Of a stretch of 64,000 bases of DNA, positions 14,531-28,600 are shown in pieces. Below the pieces are notes generated by a model, which searched no databases, was not told the origin of the DNA, and saw only the letters and a program-made list of their open reading frames with translations. The stretch spans positions 372,001 to 436,000 of the forward strand of contig RSEE01000039.1 of the NCBI GenBank assembly GCA_003971905.1. Direction: 5' to 3'. Each line of letters begins with the position of its first letter. Within the stretch, counting starts at the first letter, position 1. This DNA comes from Moniliella sp. 'wahieum' (Eukaryota). The translations under genes and the position numbers were made by a program.

Positions 14531-16073
14531 TCACCAAAACAAGCACGACATGGCCAGGAGCGTCCCAGCCAGCAGGAACGGGTGCGGGAGCGAGGTGAGG
14601 CGAGCGACGGACGAGGTGCGTGCGCCAGGCACCACCGTTCCGTTCGGCTCGGCCGTGGGCTGGTACTGGTTGTGGGTGCCGGGCCCATAGAGACCGGTAA
14701 CGTTGCCGTTGGCATAGTCGCGTCGCGCTGCGGCCATGAGCAGGATGAAGGACAAGGCTTCGGGCGAGGTGGGGCCCGGAGCATTAAAGTTCAACACATT
14801 GACGGTATTCAGGTCGCCCAGCAGCAGCCCGGCGGGCCCCAGCGCGCCCTGGATCGTCTGGTAAATTTTTTCTGCGGCCGCCACGTGCTGGGTCTGGTTG
14901 GCGGCCATGCTGGCCACGCGAAAGGCAGAGTAGGACAACAGTGCACTCCCGGCCGCATCGAGAAAGGACGAGGTATCGTTGAGGTGGTTGTGAACCAAGC
15001 CCGTCGAGCCATCCGCCTGAGAAAAGGCAGCGTCCAGGATCTGGTCCGTCCAGCTAAATAGGTCGTTGATTTGCGCCAGCATCCCAGAAGCGTGACTGCT
15101 CTGGACAATGCTGGCCACCGTACGCAGAAAGCCGGCGGCTGCCCAGCCGTTTCCGGTGGCCTGGTAGGGAAATCGCACACACAACACAAAGTCAGAGAAA
15201 AGGTGCAAGAGTTAGGGGGGGGGGCAAGGCGCCGAAGACGTACCCACAGAGACGGGTCGGAGCTGTTGCCAGTCACATTGACAATGTGGGACAGCAGGCC
15301 CGAGGGTTGGACGAGGCCTTCACGATAGAGCCGCAGTTGGTCGTACGCGAGCTGGAGTAAGGTCTGGTTGTCATAGACCGTGCCATAGACGCCCAAGGCG
15401 GAAGCCATGTACATTCCATCCGACCACAACTCTTGTGTCGCGGTGCGCTGGCTGATCGCGCCCGAGGGCGTGCGCGGTGTCTGCTCCAACACAAACGCCA
15501 GTTGACGCGCAGCGGCATCGGTAAAGGTGCCGCTGTCACTGGCGTTTTTGTGGCCCGAGATCTCGCCCGTGCTGACAGCCGCCAAAAGGACCGGGACTGC
15601 ACAGGAGAGCGAATCGAGACTGGCGCCGGCCATGACCTGCCTCCCCCGTCACATACGAACACAACCGGCCCGAACCGTCCTGGGTGCCCACCGCCGAGTT
15701 GGCCAGGCTGATCTGCACTGTGGGAAGGCGGGCTTTGGGGGACGGGGAACCAGTGCCGTACGCCAAGCCATCCTTGTTGCCTGTAAAGTAGTTCCACTCG
15801 CTCGGCGCCTCGAGCTCAAGCAGCGTGGCGGCATACGTGCCTTGGACCCAGCTGGGCCGCTGCCCGGCCGAGATGGCAGACAGCGCAGCGTTGACCAAGG
15901 AGGTGTTGACTTTGCGGCTGACATGGGTGCCGTCGTCGGAAGAACGGCGCAGGCAGGTGGGTGCCGGGCAGGTCCAGTTCGGCAGGCAGCGCACCGACGG
16001 GCGCCGGCACGCCGGCGACAAGGCCCCAGAGGCCCAAGGCCAGGACGCTGGTGGCGGCACGAAGGGAGACCAT
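14531..16073 (-). CDS. Secreted, probably GPI-anchored, glycoside hydrolase of family 105/88 (alpha/alpha barrel)
   Basis: Signal peptide. SWVQGT, PRTPSGAISQR....LWSDGMYM, AYDQLRLYR, GLLSHIV, W|ATGNGWAAAG (intron 15161-15243), SPEALSFILLM. Hydrophobic C-terminal tail. Confidence 0.85.
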
Positions 16074-16837
16074 GCTGCTGATGGTAGGGGCGGGTGCAAT
16101 GGGCGGCGGGACAGCAGGCGCAGGCAGGGCAGCGCGACGGAGTGGATGACGCTGGCCGTTGGAAGGGGGGGGGGAGGGAGGAGGAGGCGAGGAGCGCAGC
16201 GGCGGGAGCGGGCGGAGGGCGTATAAATACACCGACTGCGCTCTGTGGGCTCGACCAGCGGCCTATCGTCACTAGTCACTCGAGAGGGCTTCGCAGTGCG
16301 TCCAGTGTCCAGAGGACGCAGTTGCGAGGTGCGAGGCTTGGCGCGTGGGACGGGCAGGGAGAGAGCACCCTGCGTGGGCCAAGCCTTCTTCTCGCCGGCA
16401 CACGGCTGAGGCGCCGCCGCAAAGGCCGGACTCAGCACGTGGGTTTGGCTGTGCGCTGTGCACGGGCATCTTCCGTGTTATATAGGTGGTGAGTCCGTCC
16501 AGCCAGCGGCGGCTACGGGGGAGTGAACTGCGGATGGATGATGGCTGGTTCGTGGCGCTGAGGATGGCTGATGCGGTGGTACAAGGACGCGGGTGGCCCC
16601 AGCGCACCCGCCGGCACGGCGCCTGTGCGGACACGCGGTGTGACATCATCCATGTGAACCAGCTCGGCTGTGCGTACTGCGTGCGCTTGCTTGGCCTTGC
16701 CTACGCCGGCAGGCGCCGCGCCCTGTGTCCGCAGCACAGCCTGCACTCCCACCCCCTTGCATCTCCCATCCTCGCCTATGCGAACCCGTCCTCCTACGTC
16801 ACCCACCGCACATTCATTCGCCCAGGCCACCCACCCC

Positions 16838-18971
16838 CTAGTACGACCGCCCAAACATGGTCCACCAGCGCCTTCTTGCCGCACTGCGGGCACACCTTGC
16901 CCGCGATCGGCGGGTACGCCGCCTGGTCGTTGGGGATGCACAGCGACTTGGCGCCCATCGACGGCGCACGCTCGTCCACCTCCTCCTCATCCTCCACCGT
17001 CCGCGCCGAGCGGTCCTTGATCGCATCCTCACACGCCTCCTCCTTGCACCACGGGATGATCACATGGTTCTTGGCGTTCAGCAGCGTCGTAAACTCGTCC
17101 CACTCGGTGCACACCTTGCGGTGCGCCGCATACTCCGCCTCCGCCTTGGTGTACATGTCCGACTGGATCGTCTCCAGCAGCTCCGCCACACTCTTCTCGA
17201 TCCCCGCCAGCGGCAGCGCGGCCTTCTTGAACGTATCCCGCCGCGCCGACAGCACCGACTTCTTCTTCAGGTCCAGCGGGCCCAGCTCCAGCCGCACCGG
17301 CACACCCCGCAGCTCCCAGTCGTTGAACTTCCACGCGGGGCTGTAGTTGTCCCGGTCATCAAACTTGGCCCGGATGCCCGCGGCGACGAGCTGCTTCCAG
17401 AGCGCGTCACACGCATCGTGGATTTCCTTCCGCTCCGCATCCGTCGTCTTGACCGTGATGCCAACTGGGATGATCACCACCTGCAGCTTGGCCACGCGCG
17501 GGGGCATGACCAAGCCCTTGTCGTCCCCATGCACCATCACCATCACACCCAGCGTGCGCGTCGACAGGCCCCACGAGTTTTGCCACACGTGGATCTTGCC
17601 CTCTTGGGTCCCGCGCACCGAAGCGTCCGCCGCCGGGTCCTCGACGGTAATGTCAAACATCTTGCTAAAGTTTTGGCCGAGGCAGTGCGACGTGCCGCCC
17701 TGGATGCCACGGCCGACGGCAGGGATAAAGCCCTCGACCGTCGTGGTGAACAGGCCGCCGGCAAACTTTTCCTTTTCCGACTTGACACCCGGCACGACCG
17801 GCAGGGCCAGCAGGTCGGTATACACCCTGCGGTACAAGTCGAGGATGGTGTACACTTCCTCCTCGGCCTCCTTGCGGGTGAGGAACGCAGTGTGGCCCTC
17901 TTGCCACAGGAACTCCCGAGTACGCAGGAACGGCTGCGGGTGCTTGAACTCCCACCGCACCACCGAGTTCCACTGATTCAGCTTCAGCGGCAGGTCGCGG
18001 TGCGACGTGATCCACTTGGCATAGTAGGGGTACATAACCGTCTCACTCGTCGGGCGAATGGCAACCGGCCGTTCCAGTTCGGATTGGCCGGCACGGGTGA
18101 CCCAGGCCACCTCGGGCGCAAAGCCTTCAATGTGGTCCTTCTCCCGTTCCAGCACATCCTGCGAAACAAACATGGGGAAGTAGCAGTCCTCCACCCCCAG
18201 CTTCTTGATCTCCGCATCGAAAAAGCCTTGGATGCACTCCCATACAAAGTAAGACCACGGCTTGATCACATAGCAGCCCGACACATTGTAAAAGTCAATC
18301 ATGTCGCCCTTGCGGAGCCCTGCTGGTACCAATCCGAAAAGTCGCCCTCCTTGCGCACCGTAATCCCAATCAACGACGCATCCTCAATCTTGGCATCATT
18401 CTTTTTGGGGGCAGGCGCTTCTTGGCTGCCGCGGGCGCTGCGGCGCCGCCTCGGTCTGCAGCGCAGCAAAGTCAATCACCTCGGTCTTGACCCCCGTGCT
18501 GGCCAGGTAGGTGGCAATGTCCTGGCCCGACAAGAGGAGCGTCTTGTCGCTCGAGCCAGCGTGCACGGCGTGCTTGGCAGTCGATGCAGCCAGGACGCTA
18601 TCCAGGGCGACCGTCACCTGCTCCGCGTTGGCCTTGGTGATGGACAGCGGCGACACATCGTCCTTGGTAGCGTTGAGCGCGGCGGCCAGCACGTCGGCCG
18701 AAGCGAGGCGCAGGTCCTTGAGACCTAGTTTCTTACCCAGCGGTCCGGAGCTCGTCTCGGTCGTGTCGGCAGCAACGACAACGAGCGGCGTGGCCTTGCC
18801 CTTGGGCTTGAACACGAGCGTCTTGAGGTAAGCGGCCGGGCCCGAGTGGGCCGCAGCGACGGCGGTCTTGTACTCGGCCGGGCTGCTGGCGGGCGCGTGC
18901 GCGACAGGCGCGTCGTGGCCAGCGATGGAGAGAGTGGCGAGCTGGGCCTGGATGTCGGCAAGCGTCGGCAT
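16838..18971 (-). CDS. Cytoplasmic prolyl-tRNA synthetase with N-terminal YbaK-like domain
   Basis: KTLVFKPK (YbaK-like), SGCYVIKPWS, EGFAPEVAWVT, RPTSET, QPFLRTREFLWQEGHT, GGTSHCLGQNF, WELRGVPVRLELGP, MGAKSLCIP. Ends MFGRSY*. Confidence 0.96.
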
Positions 18972-19291
18972 GGCGGAGCAGCGGCAGCGGCACACACAGG
19001 TGGTGGAGGTGGAGAGGGGTGGGCGCGGAGGGAAGATGGGACGAAGAACAAAGAACTAGCGCCCGCCGCAGCCGCGCACTGTCCCTGTGCGGGCTGGAAT
19101 GACTCACACGTCAGGCGACCACTCGCATTCCGCCGCGGGTTCCGCGCGTGTGTGATAACAAAGGCACGCACCCAGCCTGCAACACAGGTGCTGTAACCGG
19201 TAACCAGAGATGGGCATGGATGGTACGCCGCAGCCTGCCGCTACCACCGCCACCGCCACCGCCATACCACCACCACCCCACTCCCTCCCCC

Positions 19292-21188
19292 ATGGCCGCC
19301 ACAGCCGACAGTCTGTCCTCGCTCCAGTCGCTCAAGCGGCGCCGCACTGAGACCGCCGCCCGCGACCCCTATGATGTGTCGGACGACGAGTATGTTCCGC
19401 TCAACGTGCGTCGCCGCCGGCAGCTGGAGCGAGCGAGCGCGCGTGTGGGCAAGGCTGCGCTGGCTCCGGCCGCCAGTACCTCCTCGGCGCCCGGTTCGGA
19501 CGCGCGGGTGGCGAGGACGAGTCGGGTGAAGACCCCGATGCACCGGAGGGAGGGAACGGTGCCCCGCAGCGGTCGCACCGGAGGCTGCTGGACGAGGCGC
19601 GGGAGCTGCGCGAAAAGGAAAAATACGAAAGTAAGACCGAGGCCCAACGTCTGGCCGAGGAGGAGCGTCAAATTCTCGCCGCGCATCTGGCCAAGAACAA
19701 GCGCTTGGCAGGTGCCAACGAACTGGCCCAAGGAATTTCGTACGTGGAACCCATCACTACCTCGTGGCGCCCCCCAAGTTTATTGCCGACATGTCGGCAG
19801 CCGAGATGGAGGCGGTGCGCAAGACCCATCATATCCTCACCGATGGCGAGGACGTACCGCCTTGCATCACCAACTTTCGCGACATGTGCATCCCCGAGCC
19901 TCTGCTCCGCTATCTCCGCCAAGAAAAGAAGATCAAGAAGCCTACGCCCATCCAGATGCAGGGGCTGCCCACCGCCTTTGCCGGACGGGACATGATTGGG
20001 ATTGCGTTTACTGGTTCGGGCAAAACGCTCGCCTTTACTTTGCCCATTGTTCTGTTTGCAGCGGAGGACGAGATGCGGTTGCCCTATGATCGTGGGGAAG
20101 GGCCGACCGGGCTGATTGTGTGTCCGTCGCGCGAGCTGGCGCGTCAAACCTACGAAAACACCAAGGCCATGTGCGAAGTGTTGGCCCAGGCAGGCTACCC
20201 TTTGGTCCAGGTGCTGCTGGCGATTGGAGGGATCAATATGGCAGAACAACAGGATGTGCTTTCGCGCGGGTTCCATATTGTGATTGCGACGCCCGGGCGA
20301 CTGCAGGACATGTTGCAGCGAAAACGGCTGAACCTGACCAGCTGCAAGTACCTCTGCATGGACGAGGCGGATCGGATGATTGACATGGGCTTTGAAGAAG
20401 ATGTGCGCAACATCATGTCCTTTTTCCAGCATCAACGACAAACGCTCCTCTTTAGCGCCACCATGCCGCGCAAAATCCAAGATTTTGCCGAACAAAGTCT
20501 GATCAAGCCCGTGGTGGTCAATGTGGGTCGGGCGGGGGCGGCGAGCATGGCGATCGACCAGGTGATTGAAGAGGTGGCACCCGAAGCCAAGATGCCCATG
20601 CTGGTGCAGACCATCTACAAGACCGCACCGCCGACGATTGTGTTTAGTGATAATAAGAACGAAGTGGACGATATCCAAGAGTACCTGCTGATGCACGGCA
20701 TCTCAGCCGTCGCCATTCACGGGTCCAAGTCGCAAGAGGAACGCGAGTTTGCCATCAAGGCGTTCAAGACGGGCCAAAAAGACGTGATGGTTGCCTCGGG
20801 GGTGGCGAGCAAAGGATTGGACTTTAACGAGATCCAACATGTCATCAACTACACCATGCCCAAAGAGATTGAAGATTATGTGCATCAGATTGGCCGCACA
20901 GGCCGCTCGGGCAAGCGGGGGACGGCGACCACGTTTGTCAATCGCTCCACCCCAGACCAAACCTTGTTGGACTTGAAGTACCTGCTACTGGAAGCGGGGC
21001 AACCAGTGCCTGCCTTCCTGACGGAAATCGAGGATCCCCATGCGGCGCTGGTGGGCACCGGAGGCGCAACCCAGGGCTGCTCCTACTGCGGTGGCTTGGG
21101 CCACTCGATCCGCGACTGCCCCAAGTTGGAGGGCACCCAGCGGCGGCAAACCGCCACTTTTTCCCGCGGGGATGGCGGTGGGTTCTGA
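19292..21188 (+). CDS. DDX41: DEAD-box RNA helicase DDX41/Abstrakt
   Basis: PTPIQMQG, GRDMIGIAFTGSGKT, PSRELARQ, DEADRMIDMGFE, SAT, VASKGLDF, IGRTGRSG, LLDLKYLLLEA, zinc knuckle CSYCGGLGHSIRDCPKL. 5' part frameshifted. Confidence 0.92.
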
Positions 21189-21631
21189 TCTGGCTCGGTT
21201 CCCTAGCACGAACCGGGGGACGCGGATCGCAATTCAATTCATAGCTGTGGTGCCTACCGCTGTACAACTGGGAGCGAATCTTATTCGGTGACAAGAGGGA
21301 ACCAGAGGAAGAATCAGGATGGACAACCTTTGAGGAGCGTGAGAACGGCTAGCGTGGACCATAGGTCTTAAACCTTGGGATGTATATGTCAAAAACAGGT
21401 GGCGGCAGACGGTACGATAGCGAAGGAGAGAGGCGGCTACCAATCACAGCCCATCCCGCCCAAGCCGAGCGGGACAAGCTTACAAGCATACCATACACGT
21501 TGAGCCTAAGTAGATGCGAAATGGAAATCGTACAAGAAATGCGGGTCATGGGGAAGGAACTGGGAGAACGGACGAGAACGAAAAAACAAGGGCGGGCGTG
21601 GCAACGAGGAGGGGAATCGTGACTATCCTCG

Positions 21632-24600
21632 TTACTCCTCTTCTCCCTCGAGCGGCTCGGCAAGACGACGTGCGCGACGGTGCTCCTCACATACTTGGAA
21701 CAAGCGGTAGACCAGGAAACACCCTGCTCCCACAGCCGCCAGGAACAGCAGCCAGGCCGTCCAATGCTGTTGGGGCGTATCCCACAGCGGGTTGTACACC
21801 AAAACCGAGTCAATCAACAGCACCCCGCCACTGTTGACAGCACTTGACCGCGAACTGGGGCGCTTGCTTCGAAACGGCACTTGCACCCCGTGGTCCACCA
21901 CATGGGCCGAATGGCCCTTTCCCGACGCTGAACCGTAGGCGTTGTTGATTCCGACCAGGTAGGTGGGCCCTTGGCCGCTGCCCAATGGCGGGCTCCTTTC
22001 TTTCTCGCTCGAGGCCGGTGCGACACGCAGAACCAGTTGGTTCAAACGGTTGTTGGCGCACGCCCCCACACCACGCCATCCGTGAGGTCCAATGGGGTGA
22101 ACCCATGTAGGGTTGGTCCGGTGCGGGGCCGGGGGGGGCAGGAGGCCAAGGCAGATCGGGAGATGGACGCTTGGGGAACCATCCCAACTTGGTCCAGCCG
22201 CGCCACCCGAAAAAAGTGGAGCGGATGGGGGCGCGTCGTCTTCCGCCCCTCGGTACGCCACCCGTTGTGCCAAGGAGTGAGCAATCGTCCGTCGCACCGG
22301 GCAACTTGATCAGATGGCGAGCAACAAACGCCTCGCGCGCTTCCGAGTTGTTGTGCAACAGGGCCAGGAGGCGTGGTGAGAACGCTCCGGATTTGGGTGC
22401 GAGAAGAACGTACGGCATTGGCGCATGGGGGTCCCCTTCGGTCCCATTGTTCGAGGCCGCAGTGGCAGACGTAGAATCCGACCCCAGAATATGAGCAAAG
22501 CGCGTCTTGGATACCAACTCGTACATCTCCGTCACATCCGACGAAAGCAACAGGTCCGCCTAGAGAACGTCAGCCAGTGAACACAGAAACAAGAACCACA
22601 CGTACAATCGTCACTTCCAGATCGGCAGGGAGAAGGAGCGAGTCCACAAGATGGATAACACCCGTGTTGGTCAAGAGGTCGTGCTTGCCTTGGAGGTCCG
22701 CCACCACATCCTGCCCCCGCTCAGGCGTAGCGGCGAACAAGGAGGCGCCATGGTGCGGCGAGCTGTACGACCCAAGAGAAACGTCCTCGCCCTCGAGAGT
22801 TTCGAAGACGGGAGGAGAAGGGGTCAGGGTCGGAGAAGAGGTGAGAGGGATCTGACCATGTAGTGTGATCATGGACGGGGAGGAGGGGAAGTCTTCCGTA
22901 TAAACCACATCATGAACAAAACAAACTCCGTAACGCGAGCAAGGTTGGAGAGGAGCGAGTGATCGCATTGAGGAACAATTTACCCAGACGCTGCGCAGAC
23001 AGAGCTTCATCCCGCGGTACAAGTCCCGTAATGTTCTGCCCCCGTTCAAGGAGCGAGCGCGTTTTCTCTGTTGCAGACAGCCAGGAGGCAAAGAGGGCCA
23101 CTCCCCCCTCAGAAGAGGGGGATTGGCTCAAGTCCCCCGCCAACACTAAGAAGAACGTTGAACACGTCTTTGGGGGGCTTGAGTGCTCCACGAAGGAACC
23201 AAAGTACGTCCCCCCTTGAGCCCACTGTGATGGGTTCCAGGTCCAGGGCCGCGCGTCCACCAAAGTAACTTGGACTGAACTGGAGGCACGGGTGCTGGGG
23301 AGCGTCGTCTCGTCCTTATGGTCATGGTCATGGTCATCTTCATCATCGTGATCGTCGCCAGCGGGGATCTGCACTTGCACATCGAGCCGTTGACGCCGGC
23401 CACCCAATCCAGAAGGGTAGAGCTGGGTAGGTAAAAGGTACCGATATTGGATCCATTTCTGCTACTGGAAATTTGCATCCCTGGATCGGTTAGGTTGAAC
23501 AGACCCCATCCGGCAGGGAGAATGTGGTAGCTGAGTTGATCCTTGAGCTTCTCCCGCGCCACTTCGTTGGCTTGCCAGTTTGGTGGCTCTTTGTGCATCA
23601 ACGTCCCTTTCCGTTGTATTATACCCAGGAGCAAATCGACCAAAGGGAGAGCAAGTCCAGTCAAAAAATCGTCTGTGAGTGCCAGTACAGTAAGTCGGTC
23701 AGGGACCTTGTCCTCGGGAAGGGATTTCTCCCCCGCTGGGGTGAGAAGGGTCCTCTAGCGTCGGCCATGCCGGTTGATTGATAGCCCACCCAACCCATTC
23801 TGTTGCACAGATCGGCAAACTGGCCCGCCCCCGAGCCGCGGACGCGATGCATGTTCATAGGGAGGATCGACCGTGCCGGGGCAACATGGTAGGGCGACAA
23901 GACCGAACCCAGTAGATGGACCACCCCATTTCCACCAGTATAGACTCTTCCACCACCTCGGCCGGGCCAAGTTGCGGGCCATTGTCGTCACTTCCGTGGG
24001 GATCGAGAGTATACGATCCACCAAGCGCCATGGTGATGTTCTGTTTCCGTTCCTGGAAGGGGAGATAGAGTACTTTCTCTTTGGCGGCAATATGCCACGC
24101 CACCAACTTGGCGCGGTCATGGGCAGCGAGGGAGTCGTTGGCGTCCTCGAGCCAGGTTGACTCATCCAAAGTGAGCCCGGAGGCGGAAGAAAGAAAGGCC
24201 GGGTCGGTGGGCAGAAAGCAGTAGATCCGCCGAGTCCAAGGGGACCGGTAAGGGGAGGCGTCCCGTTCCTAGATCCATGAGGCGGGAGAGGTAGCTCAGT
24301 TGAGGGTGAGTCCGCATCAAAGTAGTAAGCGGGGGAGGACGTTCTAGCACCCCATCTACAGCCACGACCAGACCTTTGGTGCAATTGATGCCATACAGAC
24401 CCTCTGCGGTGCGAATTGTCGCCGAGGAGTTGGAGGCAGAGGTGGTGTTGGGCGAAGCAACAGGGCCATAGGACCAGCCAAAGGTGACGTTGCCCGAGTA
24501 GTCAACGAAAATTTGTTGGTGGCCAGTCAGGACTGGGGCCAAGGATGCAGCCTGGCCAGCATTTCTGCGGTGCGGGACAAGCAGTGTGGCTCGAGATGCC

Positions 24601-25092
24601 GGCCATGCGACGTGGGAGGGTGGATGAGCTGCGGGAGAAGGGAGCGGCGGACGATGTGGTACTGCAGCAACGAAGCCAGCTCGGCGTCAACAGCGTCTGG
24701 TTTGGAGGCGGTGGCGTTGAAGAGAGACGCGAGAGCCAAACGCTGGGTCTTCTCGGCCACCGAGTCGTTGGCGAACGCCTGCTGTACAGCGGGCGGCCAG
24801 GCGGAGTCGACGGGCGCAATGAAGGTGAGCTTGGTACCCTGGTGCTGCATATCATTGATGGACGGGATGATCCGTGCGCGCTGGAGAGCCGTACCAGCAC
24901 CCTATGGTCTGCTGAAGCAGCGAGCAGGTCCAGCACGTTGCTCTGGACGCCACCATGGTCCTGATGGGGTGTGATGGGCCACGGCGGTGCATGCGCTTCG
25001 GGTGCTGTGGCGGCGGCGGTGGATGGTGGGGAGGGAGCAGATGCGGCTGCTATGGCGGTGGCGATGACGGTGGTGATGAAGAGGACGAGCAT
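21632..25092 (-). CDS. Multi-fasciclin (FAS1) domain membrane protein
   Basis: Signal peptide. LLAASADH, TFIAPVDSAW, LLQYHI, GLVVAVDGVL, NGVVHLLGSVL, QLSYHIL, TGVIHLVDSLLLP, YVLLAP, VLLIDSVL. C-terminal TM helix. Intron 22560-22605. Many indels. Confidence 0.85.
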
Positions 25093-25676
25093 GCCCGGGC
25101 TGCGCGAGTCTGCGCATGGCGAGGCGGCCGAGGATGGGGATGGAGGTGGGGCTGGTGGGGGGCGACACAAAGCCACACGAGCTGCTGTTGTGCCTGTGAA
25201 ATGACGGCCGAATTAATTAACTGCTCCCCAGCGGATGTGCCAGCACTGGTATTTATTATGGGTGCGGGCCATGGCAAACCGCTTCGTTGGCGCAGTTGGC
25301 TAGCGCGCAGGTCTCATACTCCCTGTATGAGTGGTCCATCCACGCCATCCTGAGGTCGCCAGTTCGAGCCTGGCACGAAGCAATTATTTTTGCTGAGTTC
25401 TTCCCGCTTACCCCCCTGTTCTCTCCCAATGTCTCCCCCATTGAAATGGGAACCTCCCGACAACCTTTACTGGCTTCTTTTGCTCCCTATGGCTGGTGCA
25501 TGGTTGGAAGCACTCGGTATCCCAGCACAAGCGTAGTCTACTAAGAGTGAGTGCAGATATACAAAGCGTTGGTATGGCAACATGAGAATAGATGCGATTC
25601 GCTACACGGTGCACACGCTTTTGCAGATGGGGGAGGGCAGGGAACAGGACAGACGGCTGGAAACAATCAGCAGCAA

Positions 25677-28600
25677 TCACGCCGTCTTCTGCTTCTTGCT
25701 CTTCTTCTTGCTCTTCTTCGACGCCATACTTCCCGTCGCACTGACCATCGACTGGTCCGGGACCTCATCCAGGGCAGACACAAAGGAGGCACCGTCGTGT
25801 CCGCGTCGGGGTACAGCGACGTGTCCTCCTGCGGCTCCTCAGCCGCCGAGCGCTTCTTGCTCTTGTCCTTGGAGTCTTTGTGCGCCACCGAGGAAGCTTC
25901 CTTGTCCAATGGGGCCCCCACCATGCCCAGCAGCTGCTTGGCAAGCCCATGCACACTCTTTGTGGCCCCATACACCCCACCAGTCAGCGCCATGTACAGT
26001 GCGTTCAACCGATCTCCTCTTTGGAGCCTTCGGCCTTGCCGTCCACACGCCGCCGCATCCTCTGAACCGCCATGAGGAACTTGATCTCCTCCTTGGCCCG
26101 AGTGGGAGTGGGGGTGGAAAGGCCGGCCTCCTCCTCCGCCAGACTAAGGGCAGCGTTGAACACCTGGGAGAGGTACGCTTGCACCTCCTTGGGCTTGCCC
26201 GTCGCACCCTTCGTTGCTCCCAGTACTGCCTGGTTGGCCACAACCTGGACCAACGCCAATGCTTGGAGCGGCTGTGTCTTCTTCTCTTCTTGAAGCGTCA
26301 GAGCAGGCAAGGGGACTTCGCGCACGGCCCAGCCCAGTTGTGGGAAGCGGTTCAAGGCATCAGACAAGAACTTGGCCCGAATGGACGACTTGCGGTTCTC
26401 GCCCAACCCAAGCGAGGCCTGATTGCTTCAGTGTAAGCCGCCACTAGAGCGCTCCGCCCCTCTAGAGGAGGAGTGCAGCAGCGATCGGGTGAGGAAGAGA
26501 GTCACCTTCTCGGCTTCCTGTGCAGCAGGGGAGTGGTTGGGCTCGACAAGGTGGCCAAAAGTTTGGTTACCAACTCGGTCGCTTGCGTCCGGGCCGATCC
26601 TTCGGGCAAAGAGATGGGTTCCTTGGCCCCCACAATCCGAGCGATCAATGCGGTTGCCTTGGCTGCTTTGATGCCACTTGCCTCGGCACGAGCTTGGCGG
26701 GCCTTGGACTTGGTCTTGCTCTTGTCCGCTTTGCTCTTCGACGCCGCCCTGTTGTCCGCCTGAGCGTCCGTGACAATGGCCAGCAACGGCTCCAGAAGGA
26801 AATGACAGTGGAAGATTGGCTGCCGGCGTTGGGCGCTCTTGCCCAGCGGAGTGGGCCACCTTGATGCTTTTGCGCACAAACAATCCAGAGGTCCAGCAGG
26901 CGGTTCTGCACTGCCGCGGCTGCTGCCGCCTGTGCCCGCTTGGACTTGGTGGAGGATCCCTCGGCTGCACGCTGACGCAGGCGGAAGATCTGAGCCAACT
27001 TGCTGTCCAGCGCCAACATCTCCTCGTCGCCTGCCACAACCGACTCGGCATCCTCGGCATCCTCATCCCCATCGTCTCCCAAAGCCTCCTCAAGCTTCTT
27101 GACCAATTCGGGATCCAGCTCGCCATCCTCCTCTCCGTCTGACTCCGCTTCCGAGTCGGAGGAGCTGAGGTCCGAATCCTCCTCCTCTTCCTCTACACCC
27201 GACATGGCATCTCCTCTTCTTCCATCCTCCTCTTCCTCCTCCTCCTCGTCTTCCAGTGGAGGAGAAGCTGCCTCACCACCGCCTCAATCGCCGAAGGGGT
27301 CAATTGGGCCGCGTACGCCGCAAACGTGCGTTCGGCCACAGAGCGAAGGAACGCGACGGTTGCTCGGTGCAGACCAAGACGGCTTGAATGAGTAGGCCAT
27401 CGTCCTCTTCCTCCTGATCCACCACAAGCAGGGCTTGGGACAAGGCCTCGGCACCGCCCTGCGGTTCCTTGAGCGTGTACAAACCACAGGCGACAACCAA
27501 GTCGCGCAGAGCCAAGTCGGTCGAACCCTGTCGGGACTGCAACCTGGCTACCACCGTGCGAGCCTGCTGGAGTGCCACAGCTGGGTCCACCTCGTGCTCG
27601 TGCTCCCGTTCAGTCAGAGGCGCCCCGGCCAGCGCCTCGCCCACCCGACTGGGCAAGAGCCAGGAGGCGGTTGGGACCGCCGGGCCGGCGGACGAACGAC
27701 GCTTCTTCCCCTTTGGCTTGGCCGACTCGGTCGGGAACGCAGCCGAGGCCAACGTCCCAATTCGTTCCCACACCCACGGGAGCCAGTGGGTCTCTGCCTC
27801 ACTCAGATCACCAAGAGCCGAAAGGAGGCGGCCCAAAGCAAAGGGGGCCAAGGCCAATGCCTGCTCCGAAACGGGGATCGGCACAGTCATACCCTCCGGG
27901 GGGACAAACCCTTGCTTGGGTGCGACCGAAGCGTACAGGGACAACAATCCCAGCACCTGATGCGCCGTCGCTTCCTCCTTCTTCCCACCGACGCGGAGAA
28001 TGTGGATGAGCTCATCCAAGGCCCAAGCAGCTCGGGGAGGAATGGTCTTTTCCTCTTGCTCCTCAGAGGGGGGGTCTGGAGGAATGTAGTGAGCGTCTCC
28101 TGCACCGTCGCAAGGTACTTTTGGGTCTCGCTAGGGTCCTGTACCAGGCCAGAAAGTACAGTAGCAGGGGATGTGCCGACTGTGCCTTGGTCAGGGTGCT
28201 CGCCAAGGTGCACCCGTTCCAGAATGGTGCGTGCCAAGGTGGGGGTCTGGGCGACGTACCAAGCGTGTCGAGCGTCTGTACCGCAGCGGCGTAAAGAAGC
28301 CGGTCGGATTTCCTCGAGTGGTAAGCGAGTTGCCGCACCAAATTGGACGTCAAGAGCGGAGCGATCAGCTGCGCGCCAGTCCCCGTTGGCTCAAAGCCAA
28401 GAGCGTCGTCTGGAACACTTGAAGCCCCACAGCTTGCGCTCGGCCGAGGCCGAATCGGCCAGCAGGGTTTCGTCCACCACCGAAGTCCAGATTGCGGCGA
28501 GGGGAGCAGACCCCTTTGGAAGAGGCTCAGGAGACGAGTAAAGCTCGACAAGCAGGCGCAAACTCATGGGTAACTCGGCCGACCAGGTACTGGCCCGCTT

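Noticed and set aside
16857..18728. 623-aa antisense ORF over prolyl-tRNA synthetase
   Set aside because: It is codon-registered with the sense frame, a shadow ORF expected when TTA/CTA/TCA codons are avoided in a high-GC3 gene. It has no protein motifs.
19292..21188. DDX41 in a fungus as a possible horizontal transfer
   Set aside because: To my knowledge it is lost in budding yeast but retained in basidiomycetes, and its composition matches its neighbours.
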